Assembly: GCA_951406725.2 (NCBI GenBank)
Contig: OX597827.1
Location: 15,934,001-15,998,000, forward strand
DNA length: 64,000 bases
Direction of reading: 5' to 3'
Source: Octopus vulgaris
Taxonomy: Eukaryota
The translations under genes were made by a program, and so were the position numbers. Numbering within the stretch: the stretch's first letter is position 1; every line of letters starts with the position of its first letter. Under the pieces are notes generated by a model. The model was given only the letters and a program-made list of their open reading frames with translations. It was not told the origin of the DNA and made no database searches. Below are positions 1 through 13,967 of the stretch, one piece after another.

Positions 1-1420
1 GCTCAGAAGGCATTGCACCTATTAGAGAAATGTTTGACTCCTCGAGCATCACTAGTTTTCTCTACTTGTGTCTTACTCTCTTTGGCCACTTACTATTTTT
101 ATGCAGTTAATGTTTTATATAATTGAAATAATTATCGGGTCATAATGAGTTGTAGGCATACAAAATTTCAAATTATGATGCATACAGTATTTGAAAAACG
201 TTTTTCAGTAATTTGTGCAAAAATTGAAAATTTTCTTCTGAAAGTTCATAATAACTGAACCATCTAGAAAGTACTAAGCTTATAATTTTAGAATTAAAAT
301 ATTAATTTTTTTTTTTTTTTTCCTCATTTTATTGGCCTTTTCACTTTTAAAATATTCTACTTCTCAGACACACCTTTGGACAGATGGCTACTCAGTGTGA
401 TAATCTTATTTGACTTTGTTAGGCTGGTATTTTATAATTACATGGTGGCTTGTTATTAGTTAAGGTTTATGGACAAAGCCTAGTTTAGTCTGCTGATCAT
501 GTTTGACACTGTTATTGAAAATTACTAGCTGCAGATATCCTATCACCAGCCTTAGTGTTAAAATTGGGACACGAGACAACTTAGTTTACGACATCATTAG
601 CTGCAGTGATTTGCTTAAAACATCTGTATTGTCTGTGGAAACATCTGGTTCAAGAATAGTTAATTGTTCAGGAAGAATATTAATGTGCCAGTGAGGAGAA
701 ATGGTTTTTTTTTTTTTTTCTAAGGTAGTAGATAGCAGAATTAATAGTTTCAATTAAAAACGCTTTGTTGCCATTGTGCATTCTGGGTATGGTGGTGACA
801 AAATTAGTACCAGTCAAATAGTGGTGGTGTTAATTTAATGTTCTTTTCTCAAAATTTGCCTTATACCAATGTTAGGAGCAATCATTTCTAAAGAGCCAGG
901 CTAAATGCTTTGCCAATTCAGTTTTTGAGTCAACTTTGTTTAACGTCCGTTTTCTGTGCTAGCACGGGTTGGACGGTTCAGCCGGGGTCTGGGAAGCCAG
1001 GAGGCTGCACCAGGCTCCAGTCTGATCTGGCAGTGTTTCTACAGCTGGATGCCCTTCCTAACGCCAAAACATCTCAGTTGAGATGGTTGTAGAGTAATAG
1101 TTAGCATTGTTTGTTGGTTGTTTATGAGTCAAAGTTCCTTTAGTGCTATGGGAGGTATCATATTTTTTTACAGTATATCTGTAAAGCCACTCTACTAGAG
1201 AAGGCTTCAGGCTGCAATAAATGTTCATATAAGAAGATCTTTCTTACCCATGTAAGCAAATAGCTGTAAAATAGTGCAAGCTAGCTAAATTGGTAGAACA
1301 TTGGAAAAATGCTTTGTGGCATTTCTTCTAATACTTTGTATTCTAGGTTCAAATCCTGTCAACATTTGACTTAATCATCCCAAAATATAGTACTAGGGTC
1401 AACGGTATTGACTAAAAAAA

Positions 1421-1654
1421 GGCGGCGAGCTGGCAGAATCGTTAGCACGCTTGACGAAATGCGTAGCCGTATTTCGTCTGCTGTTACGTTCTGAGTTCAA
1501 ATTCCGCCGAGGTCGACTTTGCCTTTCATCCTTTCGGGGGTCGATAAATTAAGTACCAGTTACTCACTGGGGGGTCAATATAATCGACTTAATCTGTTTG
1601 ACTGTCCTTGTTTGTCCTCTCTGTGTTTAGCCCCTTGTGGGTAGTAAAGAAATA
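1421..1654 (+). mobile_element. tRNA-derived SINE (octopus OK/OR-like); other copies ~28290-28515, 39165-39257, 55246-55402 (all -)
   Basis: A/B-box-like head; 12-bp TSD GGTATTGACTAA at 1404-1415 and 1655-1666. Confidence 0.8.
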
Positions 1655-1759
1655 GGTATTGACTAACCCCCCCTCCCTCAAAACTGCAGGCTTTTTGTTT
1701 TAAATAAGAAATCGTTGTTGTTACTTTTGTAATGTAAATTTTCTTTCATTCTTTCAAAG

Positions 1760-1923
1760 CTTGTTAATGAAAGCTGTGAGTGGTGAAGACACACAGGACC
1801 GTACAGACCGTGCCATTCTGACACCATGGGTCAAGTTTTTGTGGGAGTCTTATCGTCAGTGTCTGGATCTTTTGAGGAACAACTCTCGTGTTGAAAGACT
1901 GTACCACAACATCGCACAGCAAG
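1760..1923 (+). CDS. EIF3A: eIF3a exon
   Basis: ag|C TTG TTA ATG...CAA G|gtaagt; [54 protein letters not shown]. Confidence 0.95.
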
Positions 1924-4900
1924 GTAAGTAATGAAGTGAATACTTGACTGTCCATCACTTAGCAGGATTATAGAACTGGTTGAAACAAGCATTTCAATAC
2001 TTCGTCCATTACCACAGCTTTCATTAGCTGTAATTATGCTTTGTTGTATAGAGTAGTGAGGACAAGAGGTTAACCCTTTTGTTACTATATTTCTGACCAA
2101 AATACACCCCTCATGAGTTGCATTTAAATTCTAAAATAATCATACATTTAGACTAGTTTCATTAAACAACTAACTTTTTTACTTAACATATTAATGTGAT
2201 ATTTGGAACATAATTGAAGAAAGGGTTCTTAATCTATTCTATTGCATAACTTTAGTCTCAAAGTTACTCTAATTACAGGTAAATGCAGGTAAAGTGAGCA
2301 ACATATTAAAATATTTAAATTGTTTAAATATCACCATAGAAAATGAGTCATTAGCTAATATTCAATTGGGTATGAAACAAAATTTTAATATAGAAGAATT
2401 GCACACATCACTAGATTATCAGTTGAATTTAATGCACAGAACAGGTGTACCGTAAAGGTAAAATAAACTGAAACACTGGAATTTTTTGAAGAAACTAGAA
2501 AATTAAATCCATTGGCTAAATTAAATATATTTTCATACATGAATACACAAGAACATATAATAAAGATTTACAATAGAAATTAAATCAAAACTTGTCATTC
2601 ACCTTACACGCAGTTTAAGATTACAAGTAAATAAAAAGTAAAAACGAAGTAAATTTGAAAAATATTTATACAAGCTAATCATACATATATACGGTATTCA
2701 CACAATATTTCTATCATGGAAAGTTGTAAAACATCCCACTCTACATACTGCAACCTTACAAAATGCACATTGTAAAAGAAGTTTCAACTGGCTGCCCACT
2801 GGGAGTTTAAAAAAGTTTTTTTTTTTTTCCCCTGATGTAGACATTCACAATGTCTGATACTATAACTCAACTATTTACCAAGTGAAATCACATGTTTTCA
2901 TGAATGTACTAACGAAATTTGTGTTCAAATTCACATTTAAATAACAATGGGTACTCTTGGCCAGGTTGGTCGTTTAAACCAAGTGTTGGTCGTTCAAAAG
3001 TGTTAGTATGAAGATATAATAGTTCTTTAGTTCAAAATACACTTTAAGATATGGTCAGCGTGTCAAAAAGTCAACAAACAATATAGCCTGATCTTTGAAA
3101 TTTTCTTTCCAGCTTTCCTCTTCTGCATCAATTACAACCGAAAAACAGAATTCAGGAAACTATGTGACAATGTAAGTTTCTCTTCTGTCTTCTTTCCTTC
3201 CTTATATACATGCACACACTGTAAGATCTCATTGTATGCAATTCTGTGAGCTAGGTCATTTATGGGTGAGATGCTTATGACCATGATCATTGCATAGTTT
3301 TGGTGACCTAATGAACCTGGTTGACTCAGCTAGCTATTTCTCTCAATATATGGATGCACACACACGTTATTTCAATGTCCACTTTTCCATGTTTGTAGGG
3401 ATCAAAGGAAATTCGTTGCGGCAGATTTTCTTCAGCTGGGTCCCTTCCTGTCAGCAAACTATACTTTTTTCTAAGCAAGTAAAATTTCCCCATGATCAAA
3501 GGTGTTTTTGTGGGAATTAGCAAATAAAGGAGACTGCTTGTATGATCATGATGCTCATTTACAACTATCACACAATGTCAAGACAAGGGGACACTAAGAC
3601 CATCGCATGCGTATACATATAGGTGCAGGAGTGGCTGTGTGGTAAGTAGCTTGTTTACCAACCACATGGTTCCGGGTTCAGTCCCACTGTGTGGCACCTT
3701 GGGCAAGTGTTTTCTGCTATAGCCTCAGGCCGACCAAAGCCTTGTGAGTGGATTTGGTAGACAGAAACTGAAAGAAGCCCATTGTATATATGTATATATA
3801 TATATATATGCGTGTGTGTCTGTGTTTGTCCCCCTAGCATTGCTTGACAACCGATGCTGGTGTGTTTATGTCCCCGTTACTTAGCGGTTCGGCAAAAGAG
3901 ACCGATAGAATAAGTACTGGGCTTACAAAAGAATAAGTCCCGGGGTCGAGTTGCTCGATTAAAGGCTGTGCTCCAGCATGGCCACAGTCAAATGACTGAA
4001 ACAAGTAAAAGAGTATATGTGACGAGCATTCTATTTCTGTCTACCAAGGCTTTGGTTAATCTGGTCTGTAGTAGAAGACCATGCAGTGGGATTGAACTTA
4101 AAACCACATGGTTGGGAAGCGAATTCTTAATCATGCAGCTATGCTCAAATGTTGATGGTCATAATTTAAAAAGCACCCACTACACTCTCGGAGCGGTTGC
4201 CGTTAGGAAGGGCATCCAGCTGTAGAAACTCTTGCTAGATCAAGATTGGAGCCTGGTGCATCCATCTGGTTCGCCAGCCCTCAGTCAAAATCATCCAACC
4301 CATGCTAGCATAGAAAGCAGATGCTAAACGATGATGATGATGATGATGATGATCATCATCGTTTAACGTCCGTTTTCCATGCTAGCATGGGTTGGACAAT
4401 TCGACCGGGGATCTGGGAAGCCAGAAGGCTGCACCAGGCTCCAGTCTTGATCTAGCAAGAGTTTCTACAGCTGGATGCCCTTTCTAGCGCCAACCACTCC
4501 GTGAGTGTAGTGGGTGCTTTTTACATGCCACCCGCACGATAATACTAAATAGAGTATCTTTGTAAAGACTCAAATCTTAGATGACTTCTTTATTGAGTGA
4601 CAACTAAAACAAAAAAAAACCCCCACTTTTATTCTCAGCTTATCTAGCTTAAAATATTTCCGTATATTCTTCTTTGTAGCTTCGCACACATTTGATGCAA
4701 ATCAACAAACAGCAGCACCAGCAAACTGCTATCAACCTGAACAATGTGGATTCACAAGCGATGCACCTGGAGACACGTCTGGCTCAGCTGGATAGTGCCA
4801 TCAGCATGGAGCTGTGGCAGGAAGCTTTCAAAGCTGTAGAGGATATTTATAACTTGATCAGTTTATCAAAGAAGCCGCCCAAGCCCGCTCTGATGGCTAA

Positions 4901-7900
4901 CTACTACCAGAAATTAGGACTTGTTTTTTGGAAATCAGGAAATCATCTATTTCATGCCTGCACACTACATCGACTTTTCCATTTGTCCAGAGATCAGAAG
5001 AAGAATTTGTCTCAAGAAGAATTGCAAAGGTAAAACAACTAAATCTATGTACCCTCTATGTTTATATAGAATTGATAAATTTTTGTACATGCCTTAAATT
5101 CTCATGTCTTTCCTTTGCGTTTCTTTCATCTCTTGTAGAATGGCAACTCGTGTATTGTGTGCCAGTTTGGCTATTCCAATTCCTCCCGCTAGAAATGCTA
5201 TTGGTCAGTTATTGGATATGGATGAGAGTACTTTGGAGAAACAGCGTCGTCTAGCCACCTTGCTAATGCTCAACAACCCTCCCAACAGACAGCAACTTAT
5301 CAAAGATTTGGTATGTTTTTTTGTTCTTGTACATTAAGACTGGAGGCTGTCAAAGTAATGATTTGTCTGTTTAGATTCTGACTATAGCCTTCATTGAAAG
5401 AAATTCTCTTATAAAAAGGAGAATCTCTGTAACTCAAGCCTGTCCAAGAATGCCACCCCCAAAGTGCTTGGATTTAAATTTAAAACTCTTTTTATAATGT
5501 TACGTAAGAACCTTTTGTTATACTTCAAACTGAATTTCAGTTTTATTCAAACTGAATTTCAGTTTTATTCAACTGAATAACAGTTTTTATTTGCAAAGTT
5601 AATTGAACCAGCAATGTTTCATTAGAAACATAGTCATTAAAGGATTAAGAATGTCATTAAATAAATTTACCATGTTATGTTTGGATCAGTTCAGTTCATT
5701 GTGCTCTTTGTTCACCAAGAAGTGGCTTTTGTGTTTAAAGAAAGAAATTATAGATACTTATACGCTCACCCACACCTAAATTGCAGTTGGTACGGTGAAG
5801 GTAGTTAAATCTGGAGAGTGTTGGACGTAGTGTTTTACAGTGTTTTGTTTCAAGGTCTTGATTCATCACCATTTAATGCCTGTCTTCTTTGCTGAATTCA
5901 TTTCTGTCAACCTTCTCATGTCCTCTAGTCATAACCCTTGTTTTACTGCCATATACAATCTGCCTTTCACTCTTAGGAAAAAGCCCTTATCAACAAAGGT
6001 AGTAGCTCTCCGAACTTTGCTCAGTCTGTTCTTATTCTAGCAACTTCACTTTCTGATCTTCCTCCTCCACTCTTAACTTGGTCACCTAAGTAACATAAGC
6101 TATCTACTACTTCTAACGATCCCCCGACATTTGAGGAGGTCTATTCTCTACATTTTTAGTGTTTATTGTACCTGCACATCTGCTACACGCAAAGACAACT
6201 TTCTCTGTTAACCTTCCCGTGATGCTACTGCACCTCTTATGTGTCCATAACTTTTGTTGGGTGTGCCGTATGGAGTTTCTACCAACACCTTTCCTACATA
6301 TCGAGCAGAGCCATCTCTCTGAAAGAATTTGAGATTTGTTTGTGTTCCTACTCACTAGGTGAGATTTTGTGGTGGGTCCATGCTAGCTAAAGTAAATCTA
6401 AAGACCTTAGATTCCAGACCTTACTTCCTCACCTGAAATTTTCTCTCTAGTTCAGGTTGTGATTCAGCTATAAGAACAAGGTCATCAGCATAGAGGAGCT
6501 CTGAAGGGCAGCCAGTCTAAAATTCCTCTTATGGCCTGGAGGACTATGATAAACCAGAGGAGAATGAAAACCAATCCTTGGTGAACTCCTACTTGTACAC
6601 TAAATTCATTGCTATACTCATTGCTGACCTTCACCTTACTGACAACATCCTTGTACATGGCTTGTACTGCTTTCAACAACCACTCATCTATCCCTAGCTT
6701 GCGCATTGACCACCAGATGAGGGAGCAGGTGACTCTGTCAAAGGCTTTCTCCAAGTCTACAAAAGCCAAGAATAGAGGTTTATTCCTGGCTAAGTATTTC
6801 TCCTGCAGTTGCCTTACCAGGAAGATAGCATCAGTGGTGCTTCTCCTTGGCACAAAAACCAAACTGCATCTCGTTGATTGTAAGTCAAAATTCTGTTCTA
6901 TCATTTTAGCTTTAATTTATTGCCTGTTGTGGGTTTCCTATAAAACTGAAAAGTCAAAAACGCTTTCTTGCAGCAGCCCACTATCTCAAACTGGGTGTCT
7001 CCCTCAAACTCACGATTCACTGTATACCCCCACAAATGCACATTGAAGATTTTGTGTCAACAAAGTAGGAAAAGAATACTCTATATATAACACATATTTG
7101 CATTGAATTTAAGAAGAAAAAAATTCAAGTTTCATGCCACAGATCATCAGATGTGCATATAATTTCTCCCCCATTTGTAGTATATCTAAACCTTTATTTA
7201 ATGCCTCCTCCTCCCCTTTTTTTTTGTTTTTTTAAAGATGGTAGGGTGTGATTTCAGGGAAAGCAACTGAATTCTACTCGGATCCCATATAGTAGTGCAG
7301 ATTATAAACGAATCGATTTTTTTTTTTTTTGTATTAATTTGTAATATTTGTCTGGTTCAGGTGAAATACAGTGTTATACAGTACGTTTTCCCCGAGCTGC
7401 AGAACCTGTATCGATGGCTGGAGATTGACTTCCATCCTTTGAAATTGTCTGATCGTGTGAAACCCTGTATCGACTTCATCAACAACCAGCCTGACTTGAA
7501 GCAGTATGTACCAGCTCTGCAAGACATCATCATTACCCGTGTACTTAAGCAGGTCAGTTTATATTTACTGATTTCTCTATCTATTGTATATACTGTATTT
7601 TAACATGTATAAGGAACCCTCGTGTATAAGGACACCCCTAATTTTTGGGGTTTAAAATTTGGAAAAAATGTCTTGTAAGGGATTATAATACTATCCATGT
7701 ATAAGAAACTACTATATTTTTTAAACCCACTTTTGACAAAATAGGGTTCTTTAAACATGTTAAAATACTGTAATTTAGGTATGTTTATTCTTAAGACTAG
7801 GATAGCCATCCACAATTCAAAGATTTCAGTGTTTATGTGGCATACAGAGTTCATTTGATTGTCTATTTCTTCATGCTAGTGTGGCACTGATTTGTAGCCA

Positions 7901-10900
7901 AGTGCTCTTCCTGTCACCTACCCTCATCCGTTTCTCAGTTAAGGGTTTTATGTACCACACGAGTATGTACACACATATATAGAACAGGCTTTTTTTCTTT
8001 TTTTTTTTTTCAGTTTCTGTCTTAATTAAATTCCTTCATGAGGCTTTGATCAACCCAGGGTTGTAGTAGATATCATTTGGCCCAAGAGATGCCTTGTGTA
8101 GCTGAACCTGAAACCATGAACTTCTTAACTACATCCACGCCTGCATCTGTGCACAATATTTGTAAGCAGTTCAATGGTACAAACCCTGCCATGGCAAAGT
8201 GTTTTACTTATAACACTTGAATTTCAAAGTTGCCTCAATCACTTTAGTGTGGTCAAGTCTTTCTTTTATTTCACAATGCTTTGGTTTTGATACTTCACTG
8301 TATTCTACCATTTGTAGAGTATAATGTGGTACCAGGCTGTGCTATGCTATTCCTTCTCTATTGTATATCTATATTAATATCTATTACATGTGTGTGTGCG
8401 TATGTACATATGTTGCTATTAATATACTATAATTGTGTCTCTACTTGCAGGTATCTCAAGTCTATCAAACCATAGAATTTAACCGTCTGTCTGTTTTGGT
8501 GCCATTTGCTTCTTCATTCCACTTAGAAAGAGTGATTGTCTCTTCTGCAAAGCATTTAGATCTTCAGGTGAGTTACCATTCTTCTTCAGTACTTGGCATG
8601 GTTGTTTGATTCATTAGAATTTTTTTATTACTATTATCAAGTTCTCTTCAGTTGAACATTTTAATTTCTGCTTTAACCATTTTACTTCTCAAACCACTTT
8701 TGGTTAATTATCTAGAGAGGGGTAACCACCACCAGTTTGACTTTACTGTAATAATACATAAACAAAATTTGGGTTGTAATCTAACATGTGTGGACACTTG
8801 TTTGAAGCTGATGAATCGATCCTCATCCAGGTCTTGTGTGTGTGGAGGCACATGGCCTAGTGGTTAGAGCAGCGGACTCGCGGTCGAAGGATCGCGGGTT
8901 CGAATCTCAGACCGAGCGATGTGTGTGTTTATGAGCGAAACACCTAAGCTCGACGTGGCTCCAGCAGAAGGTAATGGCAAAACTTCTGCTGACTCTTTTG
9001 CCACAACTTTCTCTCGCTCTTTCCTCCTGCATCTCTTGCAGCTCACCTGCGACGGACCGGCGTCCCGTCCAGGTGGGGAACCTATACGCCGGGAAACCGG
9101 CCCTTATGAGCCAGACATGGCTCGAGAAGGAACAAAAGAAAAACAGGTCTTGTGTAATTTTTCCAGTGACAAATGTATGATTTGTGTGTAATGGATATAC
9201 TACACATAATGATGAAGGAAGTAGTGAGTGCTTGGGCAGTAGGTTAAACAAAGCAGACTTTTCTCCATCTGATATTATATGCAGATTGTAATCAGAACTA
9301 GCATAGATCCTTTGACAGGATACTTCTTGATGATCAAGGAGCTAACTGTTCAATTTTAATTAGTTTTGTCTGCCTTTGTGTAGCCCTAAACCCGGGGCCC
9401 CCTACGGTCATGACATTGACCATGGGTTTGCTCCTAGAAAGTCACCCTCCTAGTCACAACTCTGGGCATGGTAGTTTATGGAAGACTAGCAGTCGCCCAT
9501 GCATACCGGCCTCCCCTCTCCACGCCACCAGTGTTATCCAAGGGAAAGGCAAAGGGGCCGATACAGCTTGGCACCCGTGACGTCGCAACCCATTTTTTCA
9601 GCTGAGTAAACTGGAGCAATGTGAAATAAAGTGTCTTGCTCAAGAACACAACACGCAGCCCGGTCCGGGATTCGAGCTCACAACCTCACGATCGTAAGCT
9701 CAACGCTCTAACCACTGAGCCATGCGCCTTCACAGCCCTAAACCACTGAAATGCAAACAGGTACCATGGCGTGTGTTTCCTTGCGGCTACCTGTGAAGTT
9801 CCTATTAAGTAACCATTCATTGCTTTTTGTTGTAACTTGGGGTCCTGCTGCTTCAGCAAGACCCATATCTCCAAGAGCAAAGAATGTTTCTAATGAATGT
9901 TATCTTTCGAGGTTGAGAGGTCCGGCTGTTAATTTCTCAGCGGTACCACTGAATATCTGTGGTAAAATACTCGACTCTTATTAGACCAATTCAGCTAGAT
10001 GAGAACAAATGCTGCTGAGTAGTATACAGTTCAAGGCTGTGAGCTGTGGTTGCACTAATATTGGTCTCGAATTTTGGCACAAGGCCAGCAAAGTTCAAGG
10101 AAGTATATTACACCGACCCCAGTGCTCAACTGATGATTATTTTATTGATCCCGAAAGGATGAAAGGCATGGTTGACTCAGTGGAGTTTGAACTCAGAGCA
10201 AAGCATTTTACCTGGTGTGTTAATGATTCTACCAAGTTGCCACCTTAATATGGCTGCACTAATGTTGATGGCTATTTCATTGACATACTAAGTGTGAATA
10301 TCTGTGACAGTGATGTCCTATACAGAAGTGGAGGCGCAATGGCCCAGTGGTTAGGGCAGCGGACTCGCGGTCGTAGAATCGCGGTTTCGATTCCCAGACC
10401 GGGCGTTGTGAGTGTTTATTGAGCGAAAACACCTAAAAGCTCCACGAGGCTCCGGCAGCGGATGGTGGTGATCCCTGCTGTACTCTTTCACCACAACTTT
10501 CTCTCACTCTTTCTTCCTGTTTCTGTTGTACCTGTATTTCAAAGGGCCGGCCTTGTCACTCTCTGTGTCACGCTGAATATCCCCGAGAACTACGTTAAGG
10601 GTACACGTGTCTGTGGAGTGCTCAGCCACTTACACGTTAATTTCACGAGCAGGCTGTTCCGTTGGTCAGATTAACCGGAACCCTCATCGTCGTAACCGAC
10701 GGAGTGCTTCCATCCTATACAGAGTGTGGTTATAAGTTCTCACTATTTACTTTTAGTGATTTTCACTTAATCCTGTGGATCTTCATGATCTGCAAAGGAG
10801 TCAAACTCCGAAAATCTTGTTTTGTGACAAATATTTGTATTGAAATTTTTTTTCTCTCTTTTTCTTAGGTGAGAATCAACCATCGAACTAATTCGTTGAG

Positions 10901-13648
10901 TTTCGGTACTGACTTGGTCCTTGCCCAGAAAGAAGATATCCCTGAAGGCCCCTATATCCAAAGCATGCCAAGTGAACGTATCCGCAATCAACTTTCAATC
11001 ATGGCTCAAGTTCTGCACAAGTCTGTCCAACTGGTTCGTCCAAAGGAGACTGAAGTGAGTTAGAAATTAGTTTCAGACGTTAAAAAAAAAAATTGAAATG
11101 AAAGGTTTAACCCTTTCGTTACTGTATTTATTTTGAGATGCTCTGTGTTTCTTTCAATTACTTTAAATTAAGAAAGAATTTAGTAAAATAACTTCGTTAT
11201 CATTCAGCTAATGTTAGGAACATATATTTGTATACTGTGTATGTACCTAGTGTCCTATAACGCAGTATTCAGCATCTAAATGCTTCTTATGGAATATCTG
11301 CCATTTGAACTGAAATTCTTGATAGTTAATAGATTTATCACCATAGAGTAAAGTTTGTTAAAAGTGTGTAATTTGTTTTTCTTTTTTTTTTCCTCTGTGT
11401 TGGGCTCATATTTACCATTGTTACTTCACTTTGTAGACTGACAAGGAAGACCAGAGGAAAGAGATGATTGAAACTTATCGTTTGGCAGCAAAGGAGGAGC
11501 ATAAAAACATTCTGAAGAGACGACAAATCATTGAGAACCGCAAAGAACAGCTAGAACATCTTAACGACCAGAGGGTGAGTGGATTCTCTGCATTCTTATC
11601 ATCCATTTCTATGACAACCAAGATTATTCTGTTTGTCACATACAAAGCCATTATATAGAGAGTATGATGCCATAACAGTAATTGGATTATTTGTAGTGTG
11701 GTGTCCAGTGAAAGCACCTGTCCAGCAAGAGTTCAGGGGGAAAATTCTAACAGCATAATGTACCCTGAAATCTGTGATGTATCTCAAAATGTTAGGTTGA
11801 CATGATTATGAGATGGCGGAGATGAGAGCAGTGGTTTTAAAACTTATGACTGTGTATTGTACTTGATAAAGCCATTTGACTTTGTTTTGTTTCTTGTAGT
11901 TGGTACAGATGTAAGGAAAAAGAAGGCTCTGAAACTGAGCTAAGGGCTAATTCTTAACCTCAGTTTCATGGTGTGAAGTTGGAGAAATATAAATGTTTGG
12001 AGAAAAAAATTGATTGAATATAGATAACATTAAACATTCCCAGATTATTTGGCACCTCCTTCTTACCAATAGGTATATTGTGACAATTGCTGCAGATACA
12101 GCTATCATCATCATCATCGTTTAGCGTCCACTTTCCATGCTAGCATGGGTTGGACGGTTCAACTGGGGTCTGGGAAGCCAGAAGGCTACGCCAGGCCCAG
12201 TCTGATCTGGCAGTGTTTCTACAGCTGGATGCCCTTGCTAACGCCAACCACTCCGAGAGTAGTGGGTGCTTTTTATGTGCCACCTGCACAGGTGCCAGAT
12301 AAGGCTGGTAAACGGTACGATCAGATGGTGCTTTTTACGTGCCACCGGCACGGAGGCCAGTTGGGGCGGCACTGGCAACGGCCACGTTCGGATGGTTCTC
12401 TTACGTGCCACGGGCACTGGTATCTCAGCTACAATTTCCATTGATGTTGAAAGATTTCGATTTCGATTTTCACTTGCCTCAACAGGTCTTCACTTCACAA
12501 GTAGGGTTTGTGTCACAAGAAGGAAAGGTATGCATAAGTGGGCTGGCTACGTCCCAGGTAGAGGCCACGGGTCTCACTTGTCCTACCAGGTCTTCCCACG
12601 CACAGCATACTTCCAATGGTCTCGGTCTCTAGTCATTTCCTCGGTGAGACCTAAAGTTCGAAGGTCGTTCTTCACCACCTCCTCCCAGTTTTTCCTGGGT
12701 CTACCTCTTCCTCGGGTTCCCTCAAACGCCAGGGTGTGGCACTCTTTCACGCAACTATCTTCATCCATTCTCGCTACATGACCATACCAGCCCAAACGTC
12801 TCTCTTGCACACCACAACTGATGCTTCTTAGGTCCAACTTTTCTCTCAAGGTACTTACACTCTGTCGAGTATGAACACTGACATTACTCATCCATCGGAG
12901 CATACTGGCTTCATTTCTTGCGAGCTTACGCATATCCTCAGTAGTAACGGCCTATGTGGTTAAGAATTTTATCAATGCTTTGAACATAGAATTTGCTTGG
13001 CAAATACTGCCACAACCAGTTGTATATGCTTGTGTTTGTATAAACCAGAATGCTATGTTATAAGCCTTTGCATAGAGATGTTCTATCTTCCAGATCTATC
13101 CAGTTCATAATAATCACATGGAAGAATGAAAGATATAACTGATTTTGGTGTTGATGTTGGTAATTCTATTGAAAGATTGTCTTTCATTTATTTATTTGTT
13201 TGTTTTTAGGAACGAGAGGAACAGGAACAACAAAAGGAGCAACGTCGCAAGGCTTATGAAGCCGAAATGGCCCGATTGGAACGAGAGGCTAAGGAGCGCG
13301 AAAAACAACGATTGGAAGAGGAGCACAAGGAGATTCAAAGACGACATGCCAAAGAACGCATTGAACAGCTCCGCAAATCAGAGATGGGTGCAAAATTCTT
13401 GCAAAATATCGACGAAGAAGTAAGTTACTCTTTTTTTTTAAACTTAAATCAGCCAAGCATTTCTGACTTCGGAACTGTCATGCTTTTAGTTGTCAGGAGG
13501 AAAGTAGAAAAAGTGTGACGTCAATTTGACGTCGCTCGTCCACCTTCGTTTCTCTCCGTAGAATTTATCAAATTAAAAAACGCAAAATTATTCCGTAGAA
13601 TTTATCAAGTGAACGTCTGTGAATTTGTTTATATTAAAAACATGTACC

Positions 13649-13703
<55 letters not shown>

Positions 13704-13936
13704 ATATATATGTATGTATATATATATGTATGTATGTATATATATGTATGTATGTATATATATGTATGTATGTATATATATATGTATGTATGTATATATA
13801 TATATATATGTATGTATGTATATGTATGTATGTATATATATATATGTATGTATGTATATGTATGTATGTATATATATATATATGTATGTATGTATGTATG
13901 TATATGTATGTATGTATATATATATATGTATGTATG

Positions 13937-13967
<31 letters not shown>

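Noticed and set aside
3655-3840. Recurrent [18 protein letters not shown] / [15 protein letters not shown] ORFs throughout the window
   Set aside because: Translations of the abundant SINE, not genes.
9203-9280. C/D snoRNA-like ATGATGA...CTGA
   Set aside because: Weak terminal stem, no clear C'/D' boxes and no rRNA complementarity recognised.
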